DNA from: an uncultured Planctomycetia bacterium | GTDB lineage: Bacteria > Omnitrophota > Gorgyraeia > Duberdicusellales > 4484-171 | Length of the DNA stretch: 64,000 bases | Assembly (NCBI GenBank): GCA_964489445.1 | Contig: CAZAYU010000004.1 | Coordinates: 189 to 64,188 of the forward strand | Direction: 5' to 3' | Shown: piece by piece, positions 20,698 to 31,790 of the stretch | Layout: the number at the start of each line of letters is the position of its first letter | How positions within the stretch are numbered: position 1 is the stretch's first letter | Program-made: the position numbers and the translations under genes | The notes under the pieces: model-generated | The model's database searches: none | The model's input: the letters and a program-made list of their open reading frames with translations, nothing else | Told to the model about the DNA's origin: nothing

Positions 20698-22488
20698 TTA
20701 TTTCTCCTTAACATAGATATATTCTATTTCCGAAAATGCACCACCATAAGGAGTAGGATATAAATTGCCAAATTTATTGCTGACCGCGTAAATAGAGTAA
20801 GGAATAACTGTATAAATAAGCGGAAGCTGCTCAGAAGCTATCTTCTGCCATTGAGAAAAAAGCTTTTTTCTTTCAGATTCATCAACTGTTCGAGCAGAAA
20901 GATTAAAAATATTTTCAATTTGTCGTTCATAATCAGCTTGTGGTTTTCCGGAAGTGTTCCAAAAGTGTAGATTTCCTTTATATGACCAAACATTTTTACC
21001 AAAATAAGGTTCAATTCCTCCGGTAAGCCCGATGAGAATTAGCTCCCAATCAAAAGTCGCTGTTAACTTATTAACCAAATTATTAAAATCCAACGGTAGA
21101 AAATGCACTTTTATTCCAATTGTTTCTAAGTCTTTCTTAATCAAAGCAGCAACTTGAATTCTTTGCATATCGCTGGCAACCGTAAAAAAAACAATTTCTA
21201 GCTTGTTTCCTGTCTTATCTTCTAAAAACCCATCCTTATCTTTATCAGAGAAATTCATGCTTGCTAAAATTTTTTTCGCTTTTTGCGGAGAATAAGGATA
21301 TTTCATTACATGTTCATCATAATATTGAACATTTGCTGTCGACAATGGTGAGTGCTGAACTACTCCTAAGCCACTCATGATAATATCAATAATTTTTTGC
21401 CGGTTAAGCGCAAAAGAAATTGCCTTTCGAAATCGCTTATCCTTAAACCAGTTCAATTTATACGGCTTAACAAAAGGTTTATTTGTCTTTCCATTTTTTC
21501 CCGGATTCTGGTTAAAAACCAGAAAATTTGACCCAAATGACGGACCAGCATTATAAATAGAAAAATCATTGCTTTCTTGTATTGGGCCCAAAATACTTAA
21601 ATCCTGCGGTCGTAAAGAATAGTAATCGATTTCCTTTTCCATAAACTTCAATAACGCCGTATCCTGGCTAGGTAAAATAATAAATATTATTTTTTCCAAA
21701 TACGGTAATTGTTGCCCACAAGAATCTTTTTTGTAATATAAATTATTTTTTTCTAAGATTACATTTTCACCGGGAAGATATTTTTTAAGCTTAAACGGCC
21801 CTGTACCTACAATATCTTTGGATTTCGTATCTAACCCTAAGGTAAAAGAAAATTTACCGGAAACCGCCGAAGAAGCATACTTGTGCTCAGGCAAAATATC
21901 TTGTGAAAGCGACCGCAGAAAGGGAGAAAAAGTAAAGGGAAGTAGAAAACGTACAGTACATTCATCAACTGCCTCAACCAATATTTTCTTTCCTTCTATA
22001 GTAAATATATCCCGAGAACCACTGGGAATGTCCGGATTGTAAACTAGATTATTGAACGTAAACTCTACATCTTTACTGGTAAACTTTACTCCGTCATTCC
22101 AATAAACATCATCGCGTAAATGAAAAATCCACTCTTTTCCGTCGGTAGTTTCCCAGTTAGAAGCTAACCCAGGTAATACTTCTAAAGTAACTGGGTCAGT
22201 ACGCGTTAGCCCTTCAAAGATATATCTGGTTACTTGGGTAGTAGAAGTTTCCTGGGCAACTATCGGATTAAATGATTTAGGTCCGGAAGTAACCGCAGTA
22301 ATTAATTCTCCTCCGGGAGAACCACATTCCAAGCTATATTCTTGATGAAGTTTTTGAAATAATTCTTGCGCATTTACCTTTACGGAAAAAGGAAGAAATA
22401 TCAAAATAGATAAAAAAAAAGATAAGAATGGTTTATTTTTGTTCATCCTGAGAAGAAACAGGCGCCTGAGAAGAAGTCTGGACATCAT
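20698..22488 (-). CDS. ABC-transporter family-5 (OppA/DppA-like) periplasmic solute-binding protein, orphan. The start may be the Met at 22446.
   Basis: Signal peptide (…FLSFFLSILIFLPFSVKVNAQE) and a ~560-aa cluster-C SBP fold by motif similarity. No permease or ATPase genes are adjacent. The 5' end overlaps secG. Confidence 0.75.
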   Translation of the reverse strand: MMSRLLLRRLFLLRMNKNKPFLSFFLSILIFLPFSVKVNAQELFQKLHQEYSLECGSPGGELITAVTSGPKSFNPIVAQETSTTQVTRYIFEGLTRTDPVTLEVLPGLASNWETTDGKEWIFHLRDDVYWNDGVKFTSKDVEFTFNNLVYNPDIPSGSRDIFTIEGKKILVEAVDECTVRFLLPFTFSPFLRSLSQDILPEHKYASSAVSGKFSFTLGLDTKSKDIVGTGPFKLKKYLPGENVILEKNNLYYKKDSCGQQLPYLEKIIFIILPSQDTALLKFMEKEIDYYSLRPQDLSILGPIQESNDFSIYNAGPSFGSNFLVFNQNPGKNGKTNKPFVKPYKLNWFKDKRFRKAISFALNRQKIIDIIMSGLGVVQHSPLSTANVQYYDEHVMKYPYSPQKAKKILASMNFSDKDKDGFLEDKTGNKLEIVFFTVASDMQRIQVAALIKKDLETIGIKVHFLPLDFNNLVNKLTATFDWELILIGLTGGIEPYFGKNVWSYKGNLHFWNTSGKPQADYERQIENIFNLSARTVDESERKKLFSQWQKIASEQLPLIYTVIPYSIYAVSNKFGNLYPTPYGGAFSEIEYIYVKEK

Positions 22489-22750
22489 CAGCGGAAATAT
22501 CAGTATATTTGTCCATTAATGATTTTCCTTTTTGCTTAGAAAGGTAGGCTAAGGAAATAGAGGTTACAAAGAAAAGTACTGCCAAAACTACAGTTACTTT
22601 TACAAAAAACGAACTAGTTTTAGTTCCAAATATTGACTCTACTCCTCCTAGTGCTTCCACCAATCCTCCACTTCTACCTCGTTGCACAAGAATCATAGCC
22701 ACCAACCCAAAAGCAACCCCTATATGAAACGCTAAAACTAAATTGTACAT
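22433..22750 (-). CDS. secG: Preprotein translocase subunit SecG
   Basis: 105 aa with two TM segments and the Gly-rich loop LVQRGRSGGL. Confidence 0.85.
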   Translation of the reverse strand: MYNLVLAFHIGVAFGLVAMILVQRGRSGGLVEALGGVESIFGTKTSSFFVKVTVVLAVLFFVTSISLAYLSKQKGKSLMDKYTDISADDVQTSSQAPVSSQDEQK

Positions 22751-22793
22751 GTTAACCTGACTTTTTTAATATTTCTTAATAACTTTTATTTAT

Positions 22794-23549
22794 TTACCGA
22801 GACTCTTTTACAATTTGAGCGAATGAATCAATTTCTAATGCAGCTCCCCCGACTAAGGCGCCATCAATATCTGTCTTTTGCATTAATTCTTTAGTATTTG
22901 CCGGCTTTACACTTCCGCCATAAATAATTCTCAAGCCCTCGCTAACCGCCTCTGAATAATTACTTTTAATCCAATTACGAATAAATTGATGCACTTCCTG
23001 CGCCTGCTCAGGAGTAGCAGTTTTGCCAGTTCCAATAGCCCATACCGGTTCATAAGCAATAATTATTTTCGAAACACTTTCTTGGTCAAGTCCAGATAAT
23101 CCGCCTTCAAGCTGCCCTTTAATAATATTAATAGTTTCATTGTTTTCCCGTTCTTCTAGCGTCTCACCCAAACAAAAAATCGGCGTTAGTTCTTCAGCCT
23201 CAACAGTTTTTATTTTTTTATTTACAATGTCCTCATTCTCAGAAAAATACTTTCTCCGTTCTGAATGACCAACAATAACATAACGACATCCAGCATCTTT
23301 TAACATCCTAACAGATATCTCTCCAGTAAACGCACCCTCTTTCTGCCAAGAAACATCCTGGGCACCCAACTCAACGTTGGAATCTACCAAAACATCAGAT
23401 ATATCAGAAAGCAATGTGTATGGTGGGCAAACAACAATATCTACACCGCTTAAATCGGCTAACTCTCTCTTTAATCCATTAACCAATTCAACACCTTCTT
23501 TGCTTATTTTCTTCATTTTCCAATTGCCAGCAATAAATGGTTTGCGCAT
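22794..23549 (-). CDS. tpiA: Triosephosphate isomerase
   Basis: AGNWKM, VGHSERR and AYEPVWAIGTG motifs. Confidence 0.95.
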   Translation of the reverse strand: MRKPFIAGNWKMKKISKEGVELVNGLKRELADLSGVDIVVCPPYTLLSDISDVLVDSNVELGAQDVSWQKEGAFTGEISVRMLKDAGCRYVIVGHSERRKYFSENEDIVNKKIKTVEAEELTPIFCLGETLEERENNETINIIKGQLEGGLSGLDQESVSKIIIAYEPVWAIGTGKTATPEQAQEVHQFIRNWIKSNYSEAVSEGLRIIYGGSVKPANTKELMQKTDIDGALVGGAALEIDSFAQIVKESR

Positions 23550-23560
23550 TTTTATCTCCT

Positions 23561-24748
23561 TTATTGTTTGTCTGCTAAGGCGGCAATTCCCGGTAAAATT
23601 TTACCCTCTAAATACTCTAAAGATGCACCGCCACCGGTAGAAATATGCGACATTTTCTCGCCCAACGAAAACTTTGCTACCGCACAAGCTGTATCCCCGC
23701 CGCCGATTACTGACACCCCTTCAGACTCGGCAACGCTACGCGCTATACTTTTTGTTCCTTGAGCAAATTTATCATTTTCAAATATTCCTAAAGGCCCGTT
23801 CCAAACTATTGTTTTAGCTTCCTTGATTATTCCTGAAAAAAGCTCTATTGTTTTCGGCCCAATATCTACCCCTATCCACATACTAGGTATTGACTCCGAA
23901 TCAGTAGTTTTTACATTCTCCGCTGTTTCGATATTATCAGTAATCACATTGTCAATCGGAAGTAAAATATCTACTTTTTCCTCTTTTGCTTTTAATAAAA
24001 TTCTATTAACAATCTCTAAACTTTCCTGTTCCAAGCGAGAAGAACCAATGTCTATTCCTTTTGCTTTCATAAAGGTATAAGCCATGGCTCCTCCGATCAA
24101 CAGGCAATCAGCTTTTTTTAGCATATTTTCGATAACCGGAATCTTGTCAACGACTTTAGCTCCCCCGAGAATAAATACAAAAGGTTTTTGGCTCTGGGTA
24201 AGAACCCTTTGAAAGTACTCTATTTCTTTTTGGACTAGAAAACCAGACACCGCTTCTAGATGATGCGTAACACCTTCTGTGGAAGCATGTGCTCGATGAC
24301 AAGTTCCAAACGCATCATTAACAAATATATCCCCTAACTCTGCTAGCTGCCTGGCAAATTCAGAATCATTCTTAGTTTCTGCTTTGTGGAATCGTAAATT
24401 TTCCAGCAACACTACATCACCTTCAGACATAGATAATACTTGCCGCTTGACTTCTTCGCCAATGCAATCATCAAGAATCTTAACTGGCTTTTTTAATAAT
24501 TGCTCAAGACGCAGAGCAACTGGTTTTAAACTGAGCTCTGCTTTTTTTTCACCCTTTGGACGTCCTAAATGGCTCATTAGAATTAGCTTACCACCATTTT
24601 CAATAATATACTTTATAGTGGAAAGCGCAGCAGTAATCCGATTGTCATCAGTAATATTTAAGTCTTTATCCAAAGGCACATTAAAGTCTGCACGCATTAG
24701 CACTCGCTTTCCTTTAACATCAACATCAGATATAGACTTCTTATTCAT
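23561..24748 (-). CDS. pgk: Phosphoglycerate kinase
   Basis: RADFNVP N-terminal motif. 395 aa. Confidence 0.95.
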   Translation of the reverse strand: MNKKSISDVDVKGKRVLMRADFNVPLDKDLNITDDNRITAALSTIKYIIENGGKLILMSHLGRPKGEKKAELSLKPVALRLEQLLKKPVKILDDCIGEEVKRQVLSMSEGDVVLLENLRFHKAETKNDSEFARQLAELGDIFVNDAFGTCHRAHASTEGVTHHLEAVSGFLVQKEIEYFQRVLTQSQKPFVFILGGAKVVDKIPVIENMLKKADCLLIGGAMAYTFMKAKGIDIGSSRLEQESLEIVNRILLKAKEEKVDILLPIDNVITDNIETAENVKTTDSESIPSMWIGVDIGPKTIELFSGIIKEAKTIVWNGPLGIFENDKFAQGTKSIARSVAESEGVSVIGGGDTACAVAKFSLGEKMSHISTGGGASLEYLEGKILPGIAALADKQ

Positions 24749-24777
24749 TGCTTAATCCTAAAAATTGACTTAACCGA

Positions 24778-25794
<1,017 letters not shown>

Positions 25795-25986
25795 TTACCT
25801 TCAAGCTAAATATTTTTACCTTACATTTGTGATGCTTATTATAGCAATCGATAAATAAAATGCAAGATATTTAACAACCGCCTTATTTCTTAACTCATTT
25901 GAATATATTGCTTACCTTATGCTTATTAAGCACTCTTTTTGCTTGCTTTTTTGTTGATTGTCCACCACAGAAATAAATTAGAAATG

Positions 25987-26463
25987 TTAATCTTGACGAG
26001 TATAATTATTGTTTTTTCTATTGTAAGTAAACTTTGCCTCCCCTAAATTATTCTGAAACAGAGGAGAAACAGAAATAACTAATGATCCTCTTCCATAAGA
26101 ACATTCAAACTTAATAATACATATTTCCTGATCATTATTAAAACTTAATAATGTTTCTTCACCTTCGATAATATTAAGTATCCGCCAATTATTACTTGTC
26201 ATATATTCTTTATAAAACCGGACAATACTATCTGGCCAAGCTGCACCTTGATATTTCATCTTCCCCACTCTTATCTCCGACGATTCATATATAAAAGAAC
26301 TGTTCGGAATAAATTTAAACCCTTTAGGTACTGGTAAATCTGGAAAACGAAAAGCACTGGCTACCTGTAGGCTTTGCTCGCTTGTGTAATAGTGTCCAGA
26401 AGCACACCCACTAGTAAAAAATAAACCCAACAATATCAAGAGAAACATTAAGATTCTGTTCAT
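25987..26463 (-). CDS. Hypothetical lipoprotein. The start is placed at the Met giving MNRILMFLL...
   Basis: Signal peptide plus lipobox (LFFTSGC). No recognisable catalytic motifs. Confidence 0.5.
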   Translation of the reverse strand: MNRILMFLLILLGLFFTSGCASGHYYTSEQSLQVASAFRFPDLPVPKGFKFIPNSSFIYESSEIRVGKMKYQGAAWPDSIVRFYKEYMTSNNWRILNIIEGEETLLSFNNDQEICIIKFECSYGRGSLVISVSPLFQNNLGEAKFTYNRKNNNYTRQD

Positions 26464-26676
26464 TGCATTTATCTCCATAATTTTGATTGTACTTATTAAT
26501 AAACCAAAATAAAAAAAACGCCTTTCTCACAAAAGAAAAGACGCCTTTATCTTGTCTTTAAATATATTTAAAAAAACATGCTCTCTACGCAGAGAACATG
26601 TAAGTATACAAACTTTTACTCAATTGTCAATATTTTTGTGTAGCACATAAGAGAGCAATTCGCACCAATTGCTCTC

Positions 26677-27873
26677 TTACTTGATTATTTTCAAAAATCG
26701 TTTTTTGCCAATCTTGAGAATTACTCCTTCCGGTGGAATAATTAAAGCAGAATCTTTAATGGTATTAATTGATAGATGATTACTTGGGCTGACAGAAGAA
26801 ATCCCACCTTGGGATAAAAGACGCCTAATCTCGTTTTTGGAGGTAAATATTTTTGCTTTATATAACACCGTAATTAAATCCACTCTATCGCTTTCAACTT
26901 TCTGCGTGGGGATTTCTTCGGGTATTTGTTTTTTAGAAAATACTCTTTCAAATTCACTTTCTTCCTTTTTAGCCAATTTCAATGAATGGTATCCGGCAGT
27001 TATTTGTGTAGCTAAAATTGATTTAGCAGTTTTCGGATGTTCTTTTTTAAGGCTCTCAAAATCACAATCAGTAAGAAGCCGGAAATACTCCCACATTAAA
27101 TCATCGGGAATGCTCATTAATTTTCCAAACATCTGCTTTGGGCTTTCGGTTATGCCGATATAATTATTAAGCGACTTTGACATTTTATTTTTTCCGTCTA
27201 AACCAGCTATAATCGGCATAGTGATAACTACTTGTGATTTTTGGCCAAAAGTTTGTTGAAGATGCCGCCCGACAATTAAATTAAATTTTTGGTCAGTTCC
27301 TCCAAATTCAACATCCGCCTCTAACTTATAAGAATCATATCCTTGTATTAAAGGGTAAATCACCTCTAAAAGAGTTAGGGGGCGATTATTTTTTATCCTC
27401 TGGGAAAAATCATCTCTTTCCAATATCCGCGCTATAGTGTAAGAAGAAAGTATTGACAAAAATCCGGTTAGATCCATCTTTTTATACCAAATGCTATTAT
27501 AAATAACTGTTGTTTTGCGCTTATCTAAGATTTTAAACGCCTGCTTGGTATACGTGGAAGCATTAGTTTTAATTTGTTTATCGGTTAATATCGGACGAGT
27601 AGCGATTCTGCCTGAAGGATCTCCGATCTTAGCTGTAAAGTCTCCCACAATAAAATAGACTTCATGCCCGAAGTCCTGTAAAATACGCAATTTTTTTAAA
27701 AGTACAGTATGCCCTAGATGAATATCACAAGAGGTAGGATCAAAGCCAATTTTTATCTTAAGCGGTTTATTATTGCTAACTGACTCTTTCAGCTTAACAG
27801 TTAATTCTTGTTCGCTAATTAAATCAATCGTGTTTCTTTTGAATTCCGCAACCTGTTGGGATAACTCCTTCAT
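26677..27873 (-). CDS. tyrS: Tyrosine--tRNA ligase
   Basis: Class-I HIGH (CDIHLGHTV) and KMSKS motifs. C-terminal S4-like domain. Confidence 0.95.
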   Translation of the reverse strand: MKELSQQVAEFKRNTIDLISEQELTVKLKESVSNNKPLKIKIGFDPTSCDIHLGHTVLLKKLRILQDFGHEVYFIVGDFTAKIGDPSGRIATRPILTDKQIKTNASTYTKQAFKILDKRKTTVIYNSIWYKKMDLTGFLSILSSYTIARILERDDFSQRIKNNRPLTLLEVIYPLIQGYDSYKLEADVEFGGTDQKFNLIVGRHLQQTFGQKSQVVITMPIIAGLDGKNKMSKSLNNYIGITESPKQMFGKLMSIPDDLMWEYFRLLTDCDFESLKKEHPKTAKSILATQITAGYHSLKLAKKEESEFERVFSKKQIPEEIPTQKVESDRVDLITVLYKAKIFTSKNEIRRLLSQGGISSVSPSNHLSINTIKDSALIIPPEGVILKIGKKRFLKIIK

Positions 27874-27992
27874 AGATTCAAAGCCTCCCTGTTAAAATAA
27901 CTAACACTATCTCTACTGTAACTATAGCACTAAATCGTACTTCTTAAAGAAGTAATGCGAAAGAAACCGCGGGTTTTAAACTCCGAAAAGTT

Positions 27993-29546
27993 TTATTGCA
28001 GATCTTCTGGCTTAGCTGAAAGCCCTATTTTTGCTGAACCAGGATCAACCTTTATAATCTTTACCTTCAAAACATCCCCAGGCTTGATTGTCTTCAATTG
28101 TTCTTCGTCAATTTCACCGGAGAATACTAAGCCTTCTAAATCTTCGCCTATCTCTACAAAAACGCCAAAATTAGTAATTTTAACAATTTTTCCTTCGGTC
28201 ACATGGCCAATAGGAAATTTTTCCATTATCTCCGGCCACGGATCTTTCTCTGCTTGCTTTAAGCCTAAAATAATTTTACGATTACTTCGGTCTACACCTA
28301 AAATTTTCCAAGTATAGTTATGTCCTCTTTTTAAAATTTCTCCAGCCCGAGCAATTCTTTTAGTCCAAGAAATATCCTCATTATAGACTATACCTTCTAG
28401 GCCATTTTCTAATTCTACGTAGCCGCATCCATCTCCATAGCTACACACTCTTCCCTGGGTCTCGCCATCAATAGTTACTAAATTAGCTACATCTTCCCAA
28501 GGATCTTTTTCTAACCGCTTTACACTTAAGGATATTTTCCGCTCGCCTACATCTACACTCATAACTTTTACTTCTAAAGCATCTCCAATCGCAAAAGATT
28601 CCTGCAAGCTAACAAAACGTTTAGTCCAGGAAATTTCACTAATATGCACTAGCCCTTCAATCCCATTCTCTAGTTCTACAAATATTCCATAATTTTGAAT
28701 ATTAGTAATTTTCCCCTTAACTAAAGAATCTTGAGGAAACTTCTTGCCAATTTCATTCCACGGGTCAGCAGTAGTTTGCTTTAAACCTAGAGAAATTTTT
28801 CCTTTTTCTTTATCAAACCCTAGAATTACCACTTTAATATCACCATTCACTGCAACTATTTCTGAAGGATGAGTAATTTTCTTCCAACTCATGTCGGCAA
28901 TATGAAGCAATCCGTCTACTCCTCCTAAATCAATGAAAGCACCGAAATTAGTAATACTTTTTACCCGGCCTTTCATTATTTCACCGGCTTTGATAGTTTC
29001 CCAAATCTGCTTCCGAGAGGTTTCTCTTTCCATCCGAACAGCATCTTTACGAGAAATAATAAAACTGCCCTTGGCTTTATTCATTTTAATAATTTGAAAT
29101 TTAAATATCTGCCCAATTACATCTTCTTCTTCCAAATTTCTAAAAGAAGAAAGACTCTGAGGCAAAAAACCTTCTACACCAAAAACACTCACAATATAGC
29201 CACCTTTAACCTTGCGTTTCACATTACCTTCGGCTAAATCACCTTCTTTATAGCTACTGGATAAAGTTAGCCAGCCTCTTGCCTCCTGAGCTTTACGAAA
29301 CGAAAGAATGATTCTCCCATCTTCATCTTCAACATTATCTATGTAAACATCGATTTCTGCTAGACTCTCGATATCCACACCTTTAAATTCTTCCCGCAAG
29401 ATTATTCCCTCTGATTTATATCCGACATCGATAATAACTTCAGTAGGGCTGACTCTGACTATTTTACCCTTTACAACTTCCCCTTCTTTCAATTCCTTAA
29501 TTGAATCATAATAGGCCTTTGCCAATTCTGTAGACGCTTGTTCCAT
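27993..29546 (-). CDS. rpsA: 30S ribosomal protein S1
   Basis: 517 aa of repeated S1 domains. Strong RBS GGAGG upstream. Confidence 0.9.
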   Translation of the reverse strand: MEQASTELAKAYYDSIKELKEGEVVKGKIVRVSPTEVIIDVGYKSEGIILREEFKGVDIESLAEIDVYIDNVEDEDGRIILSFRKAQEARGWLTLSSSYKEGDLAEGNVKRKVKGGYIVSVFGVEGFLPQSLSSFRNLEEEDVIGQIFKFQIIKMNKAKGSFIISRKDAVRMERETSRKQIWETIKAGEIMKGRVKSITNFGAFIDLGGVDGLLHIADMSWKKITHPSEIVAVNGDIKVVILGFDKEKGKISLGLKQTTADPWNEIGKKFPQDSLVKGKITNIQNYGIFVELENGIEGLVHISEISWTKRFVSLQESFAIGDALEVKVMSVDVGERKISLSVKRLEKDPWEDVANLVTIDGETQGRVCSYGDGCGYVELENGLEGIVYNEDISWTKRIARAGEILKRGHNYTWKILGVDRSNRKIILGLKQAEKDPWPEIMEKFPIGHVTEGKIVKITNFGVFVEIGEDLEGLVFSGEIDEEQLKTIKPGDVLKVKIIKVDPGSAKIGLSAKPEDLQ

Positions 29547-29763
29547 TTTATCTAGTTCCTCCTTTATATTTTACCTTCATAGGTTGCGCAATTATCCCTT
29601 ACATCAGTACCTTTGTCAATGAAAACCTTTCAAATAAATTATCGCAATATAGCTACACAATTTAGAGATTAAAATAAAAAAGTTTCCTGCAAAAATACTT
29701 TTTCCTTTATAGATTTACTTTAAAAAATAACTCCACAACACGACAAAGCAAAATGTAATTATC

Positions 29764-31152
29764 TTATAAAGCATGAATCATTTTTTCGCCTAAAGCAACA
29801 AGCTTCTCACCTTCTTTTTTGCTTTTACTTTCTGCATAAACTCTAACAATTGGTTCTGTCCCAGATTTTCTAAGCATCAGCCAACTGTCTTCAGTGATCA
29901 ATTTAACTCCGTCAAGAGTATTGACTCTTTTGATTTTCTTCCCACAGAGGGCTTTTGGTATCTTAATGTCGGCAAGGCTTTTCTTCAAACTTTTTACCGG
30001 CATTGAAGTACGAGTATAGTGATATTTTCCGTATTGTTTATAGAATTCATCTAGCAGAGTGTTGAAACTCTTCCCCTCCGAGGCCATCATTTCTAGCATT
30101 AAAAGAAAAGAAACAGATCCGTCCCTTTCCGGTATATATCCTTGAAATCCGATACCTCCGGCTTCCTCGCCTCCAATACAAATAAGATTATCTGCAAATA
30201 AGCTAGATAGATATTTAAACCCGATTGGGGTTTCATAACACGCCACACCTAAAGAAAGAGCCACATTATCAATTACATTACTTCCAACAACAGTTTTTCC
30301 AATGCCCCCTTTCTCCTTACGGTTTTTAATCATGTGTGTCGCCAAAAGCGGCAAAATAATCTGCGCATTTATATAATTTCCTTTACCGTCAATCATCGCA
30401 ATTCTGTCAGCATCTCCGTCTAATACCAGCCCTAGATCGTATCCTCCCTTTTTCATTCTGCTGATTATTTCCTTTAAATTGCTCTCTACCGGCTCAGGAT
30501 GGATACCACCAAAAGAAGGATTAAACTGGTCATGCAAATATTCTATTTTTACTTTTGATTTACCCAATATCTTCTCAGCAAAATTACCTCCGGACCCATA
30601 CATCAGGTCCACCAAAACTTTCAGTTTTAGCTTTCCTATCTTTCTTAAGTCTATAAAGTCCTTTAAAAAATCAATTTGGATGCCGGTTAAATCATCCACT
30701 TTTAATAAATTTTTATTTTTTGCCGTTACAAAGTCTATTTTTTTAACTTTGCTTTTACCAAGATAACTTTCTACCTCATTAGTAAGCGATTTATCAGCTG
30801 AACCACCCTGAGGAGTTTTAATTTTTAAACCGTTAAACACTGCCGGATTATGCGACGCAGTAATCATCACTCCCAGCTCATATCTTCGATAATGACAATG
30901 ATAACTAATAGTAGGAGTAGGCACTGCTTTATCTGATAAAGTAACTTTAATATTATTAGCAGTAAGCACTAAAGATACCTCTTTAGCGAATTCTTTAGAT
31001 AAAAAACGACAATCATAGCCAACCACTACTTTATTTTTCTTTTTTCTTTTTTTCAGATAGTCAGCTATTGATTGAGCAACAATAGCCACATTCTCAAAAG
31101 TAAAGTCACGAGCAATAACTGCTCTCCATCCGTCAGTGCCAAACTTGATCAT
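29764..31152 (-). CDS. Phosphoglucomutase/phosphomannomutase-family phosphohexomutase
   Basis: GTDGWRAV N-terminus, phosphoserine loop TASHNP, metal loop DGDADR. Confidence 0.85.
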   Translation of the reverse strand: MIKFGTDGWRAVIARDFTFENVAIVAQSIADYLKKRKKKNKVVVGYDCRFLSKEFAKEVSLVLTANNIKVTLSDKAVPTPTISYHCHYRRYELGVMITASHNPAVFNGLKIKTPQGGSADKSLTNEVESYLGKSKVKKIDFVTAKNKNLLKVDDLTGIQIDFLKDFIDLRKIGKLKLKVLVDLMYGSGGNFAEKILGKSKVKIEYLHDQFNPSFGGIHPEPVESNLKEIISRMKKGGYDLGLVLDGDADRIAMIDGKGNYINAQIILPLLATHMIKNRKEKGGIGKTVVGSNVIDNVALSLGVACYETPIGFKYLSSLFADNLICIGGEEAGGIGFQGYIPERDGSVSFLLMLEMMASEGKSFNTLLDEFYKQYGKYHYTRTSMPVKSLKKSLADIKIPKALCGKKIKRVNTLDGVKLITEDSWLMLRKSGTEPIVRVYAESKSKKEGEKLVALGEKMIHAL

Positions 31153-31196
31153 TTAATCCCCCTTCTTTTGAATAATAAGCTTAATTTATAGCGACT

Positions 31197-31760
31197 TCAA
31201 TCTAAATAAATTTTATGCTTACTTATATAATCAATGATGTTATCGTTCAAAAAATACCTTACCGAGCGCCCTTCTTTAATTGTCTGCCTAATTCGTGAAG
31301 AAGAAATATTAATTTGCGTTATTTTTGCTTTTAGCCAATCCTTCTCTGTTTCTGAAGCATAATTTTCTCTTTGAGCAACAATTATTTTAGTTATTTTTTT
31401 TAATTCGTCAAACTCTTTCCAAGTAGAAAATGACCCAGACAAATCCGAGCCAACAATAAGATATAGCTCATCATGAGGATAATCTTTCTTAAGCTGATTA
31501 ACTGTATTAATGGTGTAAGAAATCCCACCTCTTTTAATTTCGAGATCTAGGGCTTCAAATTTATCGTTCCCAGCGATGGCTAAATTAACCATATTAAACC
31601 GATGCTTAGCTTCAGTGATACCGTTTGTTTTATGAGGAGATATGTTGGTAGGAATAAAAAATATTTTATCCAGACCGAAAGACCCTAAAGCTTCTTCTCC
31701 TAAAATGAGATGACCGATATGCGGCGGATTAAATGCTCCTCCGAGCAGCCCTAATTTCAT
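31197..31760 (-). CDS. nadD: Nicotinate-nucleotide adenylyltransferase
   Basis: GGAFNPPHIGHL (H/T)xGH nucleotidyltransferase motif. Confidence 0.9.
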   Translation of the reverse strand: MKLGLLGGAFNPPHIGHLILGEEALGSFGLDKIFFIPTNISPHKTNGITEAKHRFNMVNLAIAGNDKFEALDLEIKRGGISYTINTVNQLKKDYPHDELYLIVGSDLSGSFSTWKEFDELKKITKIIVAQRENYASETEKDWLKAKITQINISSSRIRQTIKEGRSVRYFLNDNIIDYISKHKIYLD

Positions 31761-31790
31761 TTATTACTTTTCTTACTTAGTTGCAATTGA

